Source of the DNA: Bacillota bacterium
GTDB lineage: Bacteria > Bacillota > Bacilli > Alicyclobacillales > SLC66
Length of the DNA stretch: 64,000 nucleotides
Reading direction: 5' to 3'
Assembly: GCA_021821055.1 (NCBI GenBank)
Contig: JAKACX010000005.1
Location: 14,695-78,694, forward strand
Of the stretch, positions 37,515-47,245 are shown piece by piece (position 1 is the stretch's first letter; every line of letters starts with the position of its first letter). Below the pieces are notes generated by a model. That model saw nothing but the letters and a program-made list of their open reading frames with translations. It did not search any database and was not told the DNA's origin. The position numbers were made by a program, and so were the translations under genes.

Positions 37515-37594
37515 TGCGGGGCGGCAGCCGTCCAGGCGTCCAGAGCGGACGCGGGGGAGGCTGCCGCCTTGCACCGCTCCACTCGTCCAATTTA

Positions 37595-37603
37595 TGCTAT
37601 ACT
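37595..37603 (+). promoter_or_regulatory. Possible extended -10 promoter for accBC
   Basis: TGcTATACT at 37595-37603; no convincing -35 at 17-18 nt. Confidence 0.3.
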
Positions 37604-37730
37604 GGATCTGGCATTTCGACAGTTCTGTACGGCTCTCGGCTTCTCGAGACGGCGAACGGAGCGTTCTTGCTTCCCTTGGACGCCGTATCCGTCGCGAATG
37701 TTCGGGATATACACTGGGGAGTGGTTGTCG

Positions 37731-38219
37731 TTGCTCAAGGTTGGCGATATTCGAGAGTTCATGCGCCTGATGGACGAAACCAGCATTCATGAGTTGCAAG
37801 TGGAGGCGGGGGACGTCAAGCTGGTGCTGAAAAAGGCGCCGCTGGCGGAGCGCACCGCCGTCGTACAGACGGGTCGCGCCGACACGGCGCAAAGTGCGAC
37901 CGTCGCGGCGCCCGTGCGCGCGGAGCCGGTTGACGCGCGGGAGAACGCACCTGTCGCGGCTGACGGAGTGAACAGCAACGGGGCGATTATCTCGTCGCCC
38001 ATGGTCGGGACTTTTTACCGGTCTTCAACGCCTGCGGCGCCGCCTTACGTCGATGTGGGCAGCCGGATTACGGAAAAAACAGTGGTCTGCATCGTGGAAG
38101 CCATGAAGCTCATGAACGAAATTGAAGCGGACGTCCGCGGCGAGATCGTCGAAGTGTTGGCGGAGAACGGCCAGCTTGTGGAGTTCGGCCAACCGCTCTT
38201 TCGCGTGAACCTCGCGTGA
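37731..38219 (+). CDS. accB: Biotin carboxyl carrier protein AccB
   Basis: Biotinylation motif [14 protein letters not shown]; TTG 37731 is 9 nt after GGGGAG, giving about 162 aa; ATG 37698 also possible; track ORF 37569 looks over-extended. Confidence 0.85.
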   Translation: MLKVGDIREFMRLMDETSIHELQVEAGDVKLVLKKAPLAERTAVVQTGRADTAQSATVAAPVRAEPVDARENAPVAADGVNSNGAIISSPMVGTFYRSSTPAAPPYVDVGSRITEKTVVCIVEAMKLMNEIEADVRGEIVEVLAENGQLVEFGQPLFRVNLA

Positions 38220-38245
38220 CGGCGCGCGACAAAACGGAGGCCAGG

Positions 38246-39586
38246 ATGTTCACAAAGATTCTTGTCGCGAACCGTGGTGAGATCGCGGTTCGGGTCATGC
38301 GCGCATGCCGCGAACTTGGCGTGCAGACTGTCGCCGTGTACTCGGAGGCGGACCGCGACGCGCTGCACGTCGACATGGCGGACGAAGCGTACTGTGTCGG
38401 ACCCGCGCCCGCCAAGCAGAGTTACCTGAACATCGCCAACATCATGTCCGTCGCGACCTCCGTCGGCGTGGACGCCATCCATCCTGGCTACGGATTCCTC
38501 GCGGAAAACAGCGATTTTGCAGAGGTGTGCGCAGCCGTCGGCATCAAGTTCATCGGTCCTAGCGTCGACGCGATCGAACGCATGGGAGACAAGGCGACGG
38601 CGCGGGCGACGATGAAGGCTGCCGGGGTGCCGACGGTGCCCGGGACGGACGGGCTCGTCCACACGGCGGAGGAAGCCCTCGCGGCGGCGGCGCAGATTGG
38701 CTTTCCGGCCATCATCAAGGCGACCGCGGGCGGCGGCGGACGAGGCATCCGGGTTGTCCGCAACGAGGATGAGTTAAAGTCGTCGCTGACGCTTGCGCAG
38801 TCCGAGGCGGGGTCGTCATTCGGCAACGCCGGCGTGTACCTGGAGCGCTATTTGGAGCACCCGCGCCACATTGAGATCCAGGTGCTCGGCGACCAGCAGG
38901 GCAGCATCATTCATTTGGGAGAGCGCGACTGCTCCGTGCAGCGCCGATTGCAAAAGCTGGTCGAGGAATCGCCGTCGCCAGCCCTCGGGGACGACCTGCG
39001 CCGACGGATGGGCGAGGCGGCGGTGCGCGCGGCGGGCGCGGTGCAGTACGAGGGCGCGGGCACGGTCGAATTCCTGCTCGATCGGGACGGGTCGTTCTAC
39101 TTTATGGAGATGAACACCAGGATTCAGGTTGAGCACCCTGTAACCGAATACGTGACGGGCGTGGACCTCGTGCGCGAACAGATTCTCATCGCGTCCGGCC
39201 AACCGCTCTCGATCCGCCAGGAGGACGTTGTCTTGCGCGGCCATGCGATCGAGTGCCGGATCAACGCGGAGGACCCGGAACGCAACTTCATTCCCTGTCC
39301 CGGACGCATCGGGCAGTATCTGCCGCCCGGGGGTCTCGGGGTGCGCGTCGACAGTGCGGCGTACACGGGTTGGCAGGTTCCGCCGTTTTACGATTCGCTG
39401 ATTGCAAAGTTGATCGTCTGGGCTCCCACGCGGCGCGAAGCCGTCGAACGGATGAGGCGGGCGCTCGGCGAGTTTCGCGTCGACGGGGTGAAGACGACGA
39501 TCGGTTTTCATCAACGGCTGTTCGAGCATCCGCTGTTCGTCGAAGGGGAGGTAAACACACGTTTTCTTGAACAGAATGCCATTTGA
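38246..39586 (+). CDS. accC: Biotin carboxylase AccC
   Basis: [20 protein letters not shown]..., ATP-grasp [22 protein letters not shown]; ATG 38246 after GGAGG. Confidence 0.95.
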   Translation: MFTKILVANRGEIAVRVMRACRELGVQTVAVYSEADRDALHVDMADEAYCVGPAPAKQSYLNIANIMSVATSVGVDAIHPGYGFLAENSDFAEVCAAVGIKFIGPSVDAIERMGDKATARATMKAAGVPTVPGTDGLVHTAEEALAAAAQIGFPAIIKATAGGGGRGIRVVRNEDELKSSLTLAQSEAGSSFGNAGVYLERYLEHPRHIEIQVLGDQQGSIIHLGERDCSVQRRLQKLVEESPSPALGDDLRRRMGEAAVRAAGAVQYEGAGTVEFLLDRDGSFYFMEMNTRIQVEHPVTEYVTGVDLVREQILIASGQPLSIRQEDVVLRGHAIECRINAEDPERNFIPCPGRIGQYLPPGGLGVRVDSAAYTGWQVPPFYDSLIAKLIVWAPTRREAVERMRRALGEFRVDGVKTTIGFHQRLFEHPLFVEGEVNTRFLEQNAI

Positions 39587-39603
39587 TCCGCCGGCGCCGA
39601 ATC

Positions 39604-39632
39604 GTTTGCGGCGGGTCCAAGTCTGTTATACT
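39604..39632 (+). promoter_or_regulatory. Possible sigma-A promoter for asp23 cluster
   Basis: TTTGCG (39605-39610), 16 nt, TGtTATACT (extended -10, hexamer 39627-39632). Confidence 0.4.
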
Positions 39633-39666
39633 GTGACTGCTATCGCGCAAGGGAGGGGAATGCGCC

Positions 39667-40083
39667 GTGTCAATAAATGGAGCGTTGCGTTCGGAGGCCG
39701 GGTCGGGAGACCAGGGCACGACCCAGATTGCCAATGAGGTGATCGCCGTGATCTCGGGTCTGGCGGCCACGGAAGTCAGGGGCGTCGCGGACATGAGCGG
39801 CGGGGTGGTGGGGGGCATTGCCGAACGGCTCGGCAAGAAGAACCTCAGCAAGGGCGTGAAGGTGGATGTGTCGCCCGACGATCAACAGTGCTCCGTGGAT
39901 GTGGCCATCATTGCAGAGTACGGCTATCGCATCCCTGAAGTGGCGGGCGAGATCCAGGACAGCGTCAAGCGGGCCATCGAAGGGATGACGGGACTGGAAG
40001 TGACGGCGGTCAATGTCAACGTACTTGGCATCGCATTTCGCACGGATGAACGCGAGGATGACGTAAAAGAGCGCGTCCGCTGA
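39667..40083 (+). CDS. Asp23/Gls24-family alkaline shock protein (YqhY-like)
   Basis: TQIANEVIAVISGLAATEVRGVADM...IPEVAGEIQDSVKRAIEGMTGLEV; GTG after GGGAGGGG. Confidence 0.85.
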   Translation: MSINGALRSEAGSGDQGTTQIANEVIAVISGLAATEVRGVADMSGGVVGGIAERLGKKNLSKGVKVDVSPDDQQCSVDVAIIAEYGYRIPEVAGEIQDSVKRAIEGMTGLEVTAVNVNVLGIAFRTDEREDDVKERVR

Positions 40084-40134
40084 ATCCGGGCGTTGCGCAT
40101 TGCATGATTTGGCATCGGGCAGGGGTGAGGGCAG

Positions 40135-40650
40135 ATGGCGGTCGTGGATCGGGTTGTCTTGCGAATTTACAGTGCGCTGGTCCTGTTGGGTTTGCTGTGG
40201 GCAGTTCTGTTTGTCTCCGGGACATCCGAAGTCGTCTACGCGGCGTCGACAACCGCAGCGGTCGAGGCGACCTGGACCTATGTGGCGGTGGTCGCCATCC
40301 TGTCCTTCCGGTACTTGTTTCTGCGCCTCGTCCCGCGTTCGATACACTCGTTCGTGAAGGACACCGAAGTGGGCGAGATTCGCATCAGCCACGAGACGGT
40401 GAGAGAACTCGCGCACAGGGCGGCGCGGCAGGTCAAGGGTGTGGAACGCCTGAGCGCGCGCGTCGACGAGGCGCCGGAAGGCCTCATGGTTTCGCTGCGC
40501 GTACGGGTCTTGCCGCACGTGGACGTGACAGCGATGAGCGACCAGTTGCAGCGGGCTGTGATCGGGAGCATCCGCGATGCGACTTCGCTCGCGGTGCTGG
40601 CCGTGCATGTGCAGGTCGCGGGGCTGGCGCCCGAGACGTCCCAGAGGTGA
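40135..40650 (+). CDS. AmaP-like membrane anchor protein (Asp23 partner)
   Basis: Two N-terminal TM helices then Asp23-related soluble domain; immediately follows asp23. Confidence 0.6.
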   Translation: MAVVDRVVLRIYSALVLLGLLWAVLFVSGTSEVVYAASTTAAVEATWTYVAVVAILSFRYLFLRLVPRSIHSFVKDTEVGEIRISHETVRELAHRAARQVKGVERLSARVDEAPEGLMVSLRVRVLPHVDVTAMSDQLQRAVIGSIRDATSLAVLAVHVQVAGLAPETSQR

Positions 40651-40689
40651 TAACGTCACGCGGCGTATGACTGCGCGGCATGAGGGCGG

Positions 40690-40932
40690 GTGACGGATGT
40701 GAACCGCTTGTTCTCCTTTTTACGCGAAATAGAGTCATACCCAAAACGTTATATGGGGATAGCGGCAGGCTTTCTCTGCTGGATATTCATCGAGGTCTTC
40801 GGCTTTCTCCCGACACTGCTGCTCGCCTTCCTGATTGTGGCGGGTTACGCCCTTGGCCGCGTGGCTGATACGAGGGAACGCTGGCAGGATGTGATCGAAC
40901 GGTTGTGGGATCCGGATCGCTTTGATCCGTGA
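40690..40932 (+). CDS. Small integral membrane protein (DUF2273-like)
   Basis: 80 aa, two TM helices (GIAAGFLCWIFIEVFGFLPTLLLAFLIVAGYALG); third gene of asp23 cluster. Confidence 0.55.
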   Translation: MTDVNRLFSFLREIESYPKRYMGIAAGFLCWIFIEVFGFLPTLLLAFLIVAGYALGRVADTRERWQDVIERLWDPDRFDP

Positions 40933-40963
40933 GGGGTTGTGAGCTTGGGAGGGGAGTGGGCGT

Positions 40964-41389
40964 GTGAGCCGGCATGCGGCCCGTGAGCGGGCGCTGCAGA
41001 CGCTGTTTCAGCTCGATCTGAATCGACTGGGCGAAGACGAGGCCGTCACGCATACGATGGACATCGTGGGTCATGGATCACACGACGAGGTGTACTTTCG
41101 CACGCTGCTGCGCGGCGTTCTGGATGTGCGGCCGTCTATCGACAAGGTGATCGAGACGTACAGCGAGGATTGGACGGTGGGACGGATGCCGGGTGTGGAC
41201 CGCAACATCCTGCGCATCGGAGTCTATGAATTGCTGTACGTTGCGGATCTTCCAGCGCCCGTGATCCTGAATGAAGCGGTGGAACTGGGAAAAGCGTACG
41301 GAACGGAACGTTCGGCCAAGTTTATCAACGGCGTTCTCGCGGGTGTGCTGCGCGATCTTGCCGCGCTGCGGGAAACGGCGCATTCATGA
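40964..41389 (+). CDS. nusB: Transcription antitermination factor NusB
   Basis: SRHAARERALQTLFQLD...DRNILRIGVYELLY...NEAVELGKAYG...FINGVL. Confidence 0.9.
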   Translation: MSRHAARERALQTLFQLDLNRLGEDEAVTHTMDIVGHGSHDEVYFRTLLRGVLDVRPSIDKVIETYSEDWTVGRMPGVDRNILRIGVYELLYVADLPAPVILNEAVELGKAYGTERSAKFINGVLAGVLRDLAALRETAHS

Positions 41390-42375
41390 GGGAACGGCGC
41401 GCTGTGGCGGTCGGCGTCGACACAAGCAATTACACGACATCGCTGTGCGTTGTGGACGCCGCTCACGGTGAGTTGCTGCACGACGAACGGCGGGTGCTCC
41501 ATGTGGGACCCGGGGAACGTGGACTGATGCAATCCGCAGCCCTGTTTCAACACGTCCAGAACCTGCCTGCGATGCTTGAACGCCTGCAGGCCGCCATCGG
41601 GGGCGCGGGGTGGGACATCCGGGCCGTCGGTGTCAGCGAACGGCCGCGCGACCTGCCGGATTCATACATGCCTGTCTTTCAGGCGGGGGTGCTGGCGGCG
41701 CGCGCGCTTGCCGCCGGGGCGGATGCGGCCGTGCTTGCGACAACGCATCAGGCCGGCCACGTGGCGGCGGGAATCGCCACTTCCGGCATGGCGCTGGCGC
41801 CTGGCGAGGCGTTCATCGTGCTCCACCTGTCCGGCGGTACGACGGACGTGCTGCAGGGTGCGGCGGGGGTGCGCGGGTTTGGCCTGCGCCCCTTGGCCGA
41901 GGGACTCGATCTGCATGTCGGCCAATTTGTCGATCGGGTGGGGGTGAGGCTCGGATTGCCCTTTCCATCCGGCCCGCACCTCGAACGGCTCGCCCGTGAT
42001 TGGGACGGTCCCGCGCCGTCGATTCCGTCCGCGGTGCGTGGGGGACGCCCGAGTTTCAGCGGACCGCTCTCGGCGGCTTTTCGCATGATCGATCGCGGAG
42101 TCCCCGCAGCGGCGGTCGCGACGGCGGTTCAGCGCAACATTGCAGCGACCGTGGAAAAGGTGATCCGGTCCGCCCAGGAGAAGACCGGCGTCGCGCCCGT
42201 CCTGCTCGTGGGCGGGGTCGCGTCCAACCAGGCGATACGCGGGCGGCTGGCGGAACGCTTTTGGCAGCGCGCCGACGAAATGGGGCCGCTCTATTTCTGC
42301 GCGCCGCGATTTGCGTCGGACAGTGCGTTCGGGGTCGCGCTGATTGCCCGCGAGTCTATGTCCGCGAATCGATGA
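41386..42375 (+). CDS. Kae1/TsaD-family (glycoprotease/ASKHA) paralogue
   Basis: VGVDTSNYTTS, THQAGH (versus TsaD HHMEGH), LSGGTTDV, GQFVDRVGVRLGLPFPSGPHLERLA, VGGVASNQAIRGRL, FASDSAFGVA; ATGA overlap with nusB. Confidence 0.7.
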   Translation: MRERRAVAVGVDTSNYTTSLCVVDAAHGELLHDERRVLHVGPGERGLMQSAALFQHVQNLPAMLERLQAAIGGAGWDIRAVGVSERPRDLPDSYMPVFQAGVLAARALAAGADAAVLATTHQAGHVAAGIATSGMALAPGEAFIVLHLSGGTTDVLQGAAGVRGFGLRPLAEGLDLHVGQFVDRVGVRLGLPFPSGPHLERLARDWDGPAPSIPSAVRGGRPSFSGPLSAAFRMIDRGVPAAAVATAVQRNIAATVEKVIRSAQEKTGVAPVLLVGGVASNQAIRGRLAERFWQRADEMGPLYFCAPRFASDSAFGVALIARESMSANR

Positions 42376-42381
42376 CTCGTC

Positions 42382-42411
42382 TTGGAATTGGCCGATCTGA
42401 TATAGTATACT
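42382..42411 (+). promoter_or_regulatory. Sigma-A-type promoter
   Basis: TTGGAA (42382-42387), 18 nt, TATACT (42406-42411). Confidence 0.5.
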
Positions 42412-42416
42412 GCCTA

Positions 42417-42486
42417 GGGGCACTGTGACAGTCCAGATGAGGACGGACGGAATTTGTCACAGTCCGTGGGGAAACCGTGATAATCC
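42417..42486. repeat. Cluster of degenerate arms of the GGGGAACTGTGA repeat family
   Basis: GGGGCACTGTGACAGTCC...GGAATTTGTCACAGTCCGTGGGGAAACCGTGATAATCCC; 9-nt inverted pair ACTGTGACA / TGTCACAGT. Confidence 0.55.
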
Positions 42487-42645
42487 CAGTGTACACAGGC
42501 GGTTATCGGCTATATGGCGCTTGACTGACGCCGAAGCGCTATTTTGGATTGTTTTCTCCTGCCGGGGACGTGGATCCGCGTCCCCCTGTTCATTCGTGCG
42601 TCCGCATCATTATTTGTATTACGATTTCTTGGGGAGGATTGTGAT

Positions 42646-43656
42646 TTGGAACACAACGGAACACTGCCGCGGGACGAGAAGATTTACGACATTACGATTA
42701 TCGGCGGCGGCCCCGCCGGCCTGTTTGCGGCCTTTTATGCGGGCATTCGCGACGCGTCGGTGAAGATTGTCGACAGTCTGCCACAGCTTGGAGGGCAACT
42801 CTCGGAACTGTATCCCGAAAAGTATATCTACGACGTGGCGGGCTTTCCCAAGATCCGCGCCATGGATCTCGTGAACCAGCTGCTCGAACAGACGAGCCAG
42901 TATTCGCAGGCCGTGTGCCTGAACGAGCGCGTTGAATCGCTTGTCAAGCGCCCCGACGAAGTCTTTGAATTGACCACGAATCAGCAGGTGCACCTGAGCC
43001 GGTCCATCATCATCACTGCCGGGATCGGCGCCTTTACGCCAAAACCGCTTCCCGTTCCGAATGTGAACAAGTATGAGGGCAAGGGCATTCATTACTACAT
43101 CGACAATGTTCAGCGCTTTGCAGGGCACAAGGTGCTCGTGGTCGGCGGCGGGGATTCGGCCGTCGACTTTGCTTTGATGCTTGAGCCCGTGGCCGAGCAG
43201 GTGACGCTCATCCATCGGCGCGACCAGTTCCGCGCCCATGAGGAGAACGTGAAATCCCTGATGGCGTCGCGCGTCCACGTCAAAACGTTCTTTGAACTCA
43301 AGGAGTTGCACGGGGAAGACAGGCTGACCGGCGCAACGATCGTGGAGAATCGCTCGAAGGAGACCGAGGAACTTGAGGTAGACACGATCATCGGCACGCT
43401 CGGTTTCTCGGCGTCGCTTGGACCGATCCTGACCTGGGGCCTGGGAATCCACGATAACGGCATCGTGGTGGACACGCGCATGCAAACGAATATTCCGGGA
43501 GTCTTCGCGGCGGGTGACATCGTCAGCTATCCGGGCAAACTGAAGTTGATCGCCACCGGTTTTGGCGAAGCACCGACGGCAGTCAACAACGCCAAGACGT
43601 ATCTCGACCCGCAATCGAAGCTGTTTCCCGGCCACAGCAGCAGCCGCAAAGAGTAG
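42646..43656 (+). CDS. Ferredoxin-NADP+ reductase, thioredoxin-reductase-like (YumC type)
   Basis: TTG 42646 is 7 nt after GGGGAGGA; YDITIIGGGPAGLFAAFY FAD site, VLVVGGGDSAVD NADPH site, no CxxC redox motif. Confidence 0.85.
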   Translation: MEHNGTLPRDEKIYDITIIGGGPAGLFAAFYAGIRDASVKIVDSLPQLGGQLSELYPEKYIYDVAGFPKIRAMDLVNQLLEQTSQYSQAVCLNERVESLVKRPDEVFELTTNQQVHLSRSIIITAGIGAFTPKPLPVPNVNKYEGKGIHYYIDNVQRFAGHKVLVVGGGDSAVDFALMLEPVAEQVTLIHRRDQFRAHEENVKSLMASRVHVKTFFELKELHGEDRLTGATIVENRSKETEELEVDTIIGTLGFSASLGPILTWGLGIHDNGIVVDTRMQTNIPGVFAAGDIVSYPGKLKLIATGFGEAPTAVNNAKTYLDPQSKLFPGHSSSRKE

Positions 43657-43671
43657 CCGGCGGGCTTTTTT
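43627..43671 (+). terminator. Possible terminator after the reductase gene
   Basis: GC-rich pairing around GCCGGCGGGC followed by TTTTTT (43666-43671); stem ambiguous. Confidence 0.4.
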
Positions 43672-43704
43672 GGCATGAGGCTGGCGGAAGCGGGGTGACA
43701 TGGG

Positions 43705-44556
43705 ATGGGTCGAGTGATTGACGGAAAGGCCTGGGCCGCGCACAGTCGGCACGAGACGCGCCAGGAGGCGATGGCTCTCGTTGCGGTCGGGGTGACGCCC
43801 GGGTTGGCGGTGATTCTCGTCGGCGACAATCCCGCGTCGCAGAGCTATGTCCGGGGCAAGGAACGGGCGGCGCGGGACAGCGCCGTCTCGTCCGAGGTGT
43901 TTCGCCTTGCGGCGACGACCGGGCAGGAGGAAGTGCTGGCGCTCATCGAACGCCTGAACGCGGACGGCCGGGTGCACGGCATACTGGTGCAGTTGCCGTT
44001 GCCCGATCACATGGACACCGTGAAGGTCCTTGCGGCAGTGGCGCCGAACAAGGATGTGGACGGCTTTCACGCGCTCAACGTCGGATCTCTGTCCCTCGGC
44101 CTGAACGCGTTTGTGCCGTGCACGCCGCTTGGAGTCATGAAGCTGCTCGCCTATGAAGGCGTGGACCTGCGCGGCCGGCACGCCGTGGTCGTCGGGCGTT
44201 CCAATATCGTCGGCAAGCCGATGGCCCAGTTGCTTCTGCAGGCGGATGCGACCGTCACGGTGTGCCACTCGCGCACGAGGGACCTGGCGGGCATCACGCG
44301 CCAGGCGGACATCCTGGTGGCGGCGGTGGGCCGCCCGGAGATGATCACGGGCGACATGATCCAGCCAGGCGCCGTCGTGATGGACGTGGGGATCAACCGT
44401 TTGGGCGACCGGCTGGTCGGCGACGTCGAGTTTGCTTCCGCCGTGGGCGTGGCCGGTCTGATCACGCCCGTGCCGGGCGGCGTGGGACCGATGACGATCG
44501 CGATGCTGCTGCACAACACAGTCAAGGCCGCGCAAGCGACACTGCGCCAAGTGTAA
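43705..44556 (+). CDS. folD: Bifunctional methylenetetrahydrofolate dehydrogenase/cyclohydrolase
   Basis: [52 protein letters not shown]. Confidence 0.95.
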   Translation: MGRVIDGKAWAAHSRHETRQEAMALVAVGVTPGLAVILVGDNPASQSYVRGKERAARDSAVSSEVFRLAATTGQEEVLALIERLNADGRVHGILVQLPLPDHMDTVKVLAAVAPNKDVDGFHALNVGSLSLGLNAFVPCTPLGVMKLLAYEGVDLRGRHAVVVGRSNIVGKPMAQLLLQADATVTVCHSRTRDLAGITRQADILVAAVGRPEMITGDMIQPGAVVMDVGINRLGDRLVGDVEFASAVGVAGLITPVPGGVGPMTIAMLLHNTVKAAQATLRQV

Positions 44557-44568
44557 CGGGGTGATCCT

Positions 44569-45966
44569 GTGGGCGAGAAGGCAGCGCACGGTCAGGTGAG
44601 GGCGGACGCGGCGAAGTCTGTCTTCGAACTCACGCGGATGATCAAGGAATTGGTGGAGCAGTCCGCCGATTTGTCGGGAGTCGCCGTTCGCGGGGAAGTC
44701 TCCAATGTGAGCAGGCCCGCGAGCGGTCATATTTATTTCACCCTGAAAGACGACCTGGCGCGGCTGCGCGTCGTGATGTTCGCGGGCCGCGCGCGCTTCT
44801 TGCGTTTCGCGCTGCGCGACGGGATGAGCGTGATCGTCCAGGGGAACGTCAGCGTTTTTGAGCGCATGGGCGATTACCAATTGTACGCGGATTTTGTGGA
44901 GCCGGACGGGCTCGGCGCCCTGTATCTCGCGTTCCTTCAACTCAAGGAAAAGCTCGACGCACAGGGGCTGTTCGATGCGGGGCGCAAGCGCGCGCTCCCG
45001 CCTTTTCCCGCGCGCGTCGCACTGGTCACCTCCGCGACCGGCGCCGCCGTGCGCGACATGGTCACGACGCTGGCCCGCCGCTATCCGGCCGCTCTGGTGC
45101 GTATCGTTCCCGTGGCCGTGCAGGGCGAGGAGGCGCCGCGGCAGATTGCGCGAGCGATCCGCCTGGTGTGCGAACGGCGTCTGGCGGATGTGATGATCGT
45201 CGGGCGCGGCGGGGGATCGCTTGAGGAACTGTTCGCGTTCAATACGGAGACCGTCGCCATGGCCATTGCCGATGCGGACATCCCGGTGGTGTCCGCGGTC
45301 GGGCACGAGACGGACACGACGATCGCGGATTTCGTCGCGGACGTGCGGGCCGCCACGCCGACCGCGGCGGCGGAACTCGTCGCTCCGGACTGGCGGGAAA
45401 TCGACGCCCGGCTCGCCGGACTTGCGGGGCGGGCGTCCCAGGCGGTCTCCGCGGGGCTTTCCAGGGCCCGGCTGCGGCTGGAACGCCTTGCCCAGAGTCG
45501 AGCGCTGGGGCAGCAGGACCGGCGTGTGGCCGTCTTGCACCAGCGCATCGACCAGGCGGAGCGTTCACTGCGCGAGTCGCTGGGCGCTCGGGTGCGGTCT
45601 GGAGGCCAGACCGTGTCGTCGCTTGAACTGCGCCTGGCGCGCAGGTCGCCGGCGGTTCGCGTGGAGGGGCTTGCGCTCGGACTCGGGACGCTGGAGGGAC
45701 GCCTGCGGCGGGCGGCGACGCAACTGATCAGGGAACGGGACGCGGTGCTCGCGCACGCGGCCTCGCGGCTGGATCTGCTTAACCCGATGGCTGTGATGGG
45801 CAGGGGATTCGCGATTGCATACAGGGTTCCCGGGCAAGGCATCGTTCGATCCGTGGACGATGTGCAGCCGGGAGACGCGGTGCGCGTTCAGTTGACCGAC
45901 GGCTGGCTGGACTGCCAAGTATGGGGGGTGCACGGCAGTGACGGAACGGATGGCGCAAAACGCTGA
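44569..45966 (+). CDS. xseA: Exodeoxyribonuclease VII large subunit
   Basis: OB-fold N-terminus (VRGEVSNVSRPASGHIYFTLKDD), GRGGGSLEELFAFN, ISAVGHETD. Confidence 0.9.
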   Translation: MGEKAAHGQVRADAAKSVFELTRMIKELVEQSADLSGVAVRGEVSNVSRPASGHIYFTLKDDLARLRVVMFAGRARFLRFALRDGMSVIVQGNVSVFERMGDYQLYADFVEPDGLGALYLAFLQLKEKLDAQGLFDAGRKRALPPFPARVALVTSATGAAVRDMVTTLARRYPAALVRIVPVAVQGEEAPRQIARAIRLVCERRLADVMIVGRGGGSLEELFAFNTETVAMAIADADIPVVSAVGHETDTTIADFVADVRAATPTAAAELVAPDWREIDARLAGLAGRASQAVSAGLSRARLRLERLAQSRALGQQDRRVAVLHQRIDQAERSLRESLGARVRSGGQTVSSLELRLARRSPAVRVEGLALGLGTLEGRLRRAATQLIRERDAVLAHAASRLDLLNPMAVMGRGFAIAYRVPGQGIVRSVDDVQPGDAVRVQLTDGWLDCQVWGVHGSDGTDGAKR

Positions 45967-46231
45967 CGACGGCGAGCGGGAGTTGAGTTTCGAGGCCGCA
46001 CTGGCGGAACTTGAGGGCGTCGTACAGGAACTCGAGCGAGGCGACTTGCCGCTGGATGAGGCGATCTTGCGGTACCAGTCCGGCATGCAACTCGTGCGGG
46101 CCTGCCGCGAGCGGCTCAAGGTGGCGGAACAACGAATCGAGATGGTGCTCGCGCAGGAACAGGAACCCGGACAGGCAACTGTAACGAGACCATTCTCTGT
46201 GGAGGACGACGAGAGTGTCCCCGAGCGATGA
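45938..46231 (+). CDS. xseB: Exodeoxyribonuclease VII small subunit
   Basis: SFEAALAELEGVVQELERGDLPLDEAILRYQSGMQLVRACRERL; overlaps xseA end. Confidence 0.85.
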   Translation: MTERMAQNADDGERELSFEAALAELEGVVQELERGDLPLDEAILRYQSGMQLVRACRERLKVAEQRIEMVLAQEQEPGQATVTRPFSVEDDESVPER

Positions 46232-47111
46232 ACGCGCGGCGCAATTTCTGCAGACCAGCAGCGCATGGACAGAAGCCGCCATGGAACAGCTGTTGCCGCC
46301 CGGAGACGAACACCCGTCCGAACTCTACCGCGCCATGCGCTACAGTGTGTTTGGCGGGGGCAAGCGTCTGCGCCCCGCGCTTTGCTATGCCGCCGCCGCG
46401 GCGTGCGGCGGCGAGGCGCGGGATTTTTGGCCTGTCGCGTGCGCCCTCGAATTTGTGCACACATACTCATTGATCCATGACGACCTGCCCGCGCTGGACA
46501 ATGACGAATACCGCCGGGGACGGCCCACCAACCATCGCGTCTTTGGCGAGGCCATGGCGTTGCTGGCTGGAGACGCCCTGCTCACGCTGGCGTTTGAGAC
46601 CGTGCTGCGGGCGCCGGCCGAAAGCGCCGTGACGGTCCGGCTGGCGCGTGAGCTCGCGGTCGCCAGCGGCGGTCTCGGCATGGTGGCGGGTCAGGCGGCA
46701 GATATGCTGGGAGAGGATCGCGCGCTTGACTTCGGTCAGCTGCGATTCATCCACAGCCGAAAAACCGGGGCGCTGCTGCGCGCCGCGGTGCGGATGGGGG
46801 CGATCGCCGCGGGCGGGTCGGATGAGGCGCTCGATGCGCTCAGCGGCTATGCGGAGCGCATCGGACTGGCGTTTCAGATTGTCGACGACATCCTGGACGT
46901 CACGGGCAGCGCGAGTGCTCTTGGCAAAAGCCCGGGCGCGGACGCCGCGCACGGGAAGTCCACCTATCCCGCGCTCATGGGCCTCGACGAGTCGCGGCGC
47001 GAGGTGCGGCGGCTGACGGATGAGGCGGTGGAGTTGCTCGCGGGCGCGCGCTTGACGCAGACCGGCGTACTGGAGGACCTGGCGCACTTTCTCGTCCGAC
47101 GCGACCGCTGA
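46215..47111 (+). CDS. ispA: Farnesyl diphosphate synthase
   Basis: First and second Asp-rich motifs LIHDDLPALDNDEYRRG and FQIVDDILD. Confidence 0.9.
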   Translation: MSPSDERAAQFLQTSSAWTEAAMEQLLPPGDEHPSELYRAMRYSVFGGGKRLRPALCYAAAAACGGEARDFWPVACALEFVHTYSLIHDDLPALDNDEYRRGRPTNHRVFGEAMALLAGDALLTLAFETVLRAPAESAVTVRLARELAVASGGLGMVAGQAADMLGEDRALDFGQLRFIHSRKTGALLRAAVRMGAIAAGGSDEALDALSGYAERIGLAFQIVDDILDVTGSASALGKSPGADAAHGKSTYPALMGLDESRREVRRLTDEAVELLAGARLTQTGVLEDLAHFLVRRDR

Positions 47112-47152
47112 GGCCGCCGCCATGTGCGGCGCATCCTCACGGAAAGGCAAAA

Positions 47153-47181
47153 TTGAAGGCCGCCGGGCGCTGTGCTATACT
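47153..47181 (+). promoter_or_regulatory. Sigma-A promoter of dxs
   Basis: TTGAAG (47153-47158), 17 nt, TGcTATACT (hexamer 47176-47181). Confidence 0.6.
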
Positions 47182-47245
47182 TTTAGTGCGTTTCAACCGA
47201 CTGTTACAGGCGGGGTTGTCGGGTGCGTGAAAGGGTGGCCGCGAT

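Noticed and set aside
37569-37730. 54-codon N-terminal extension of accB
   Set aside because: AccB proteins are about 160 aa. The extension has no SD, whereas GGGGAG precedes TTG 37731. The extension overlaps the likely promoter and 5' UTR.
42619-45540. 973-aa minus-strand ORF, the longest in the track
   Set aside because: It lies antisense to the reductase, folD and xseA genes, all of which have clear catalytic motifs. Its product is Arg/His/Gly/Pro-rich with no motif. This is a typical stop-poor antisense frame in GC-rich DNA.
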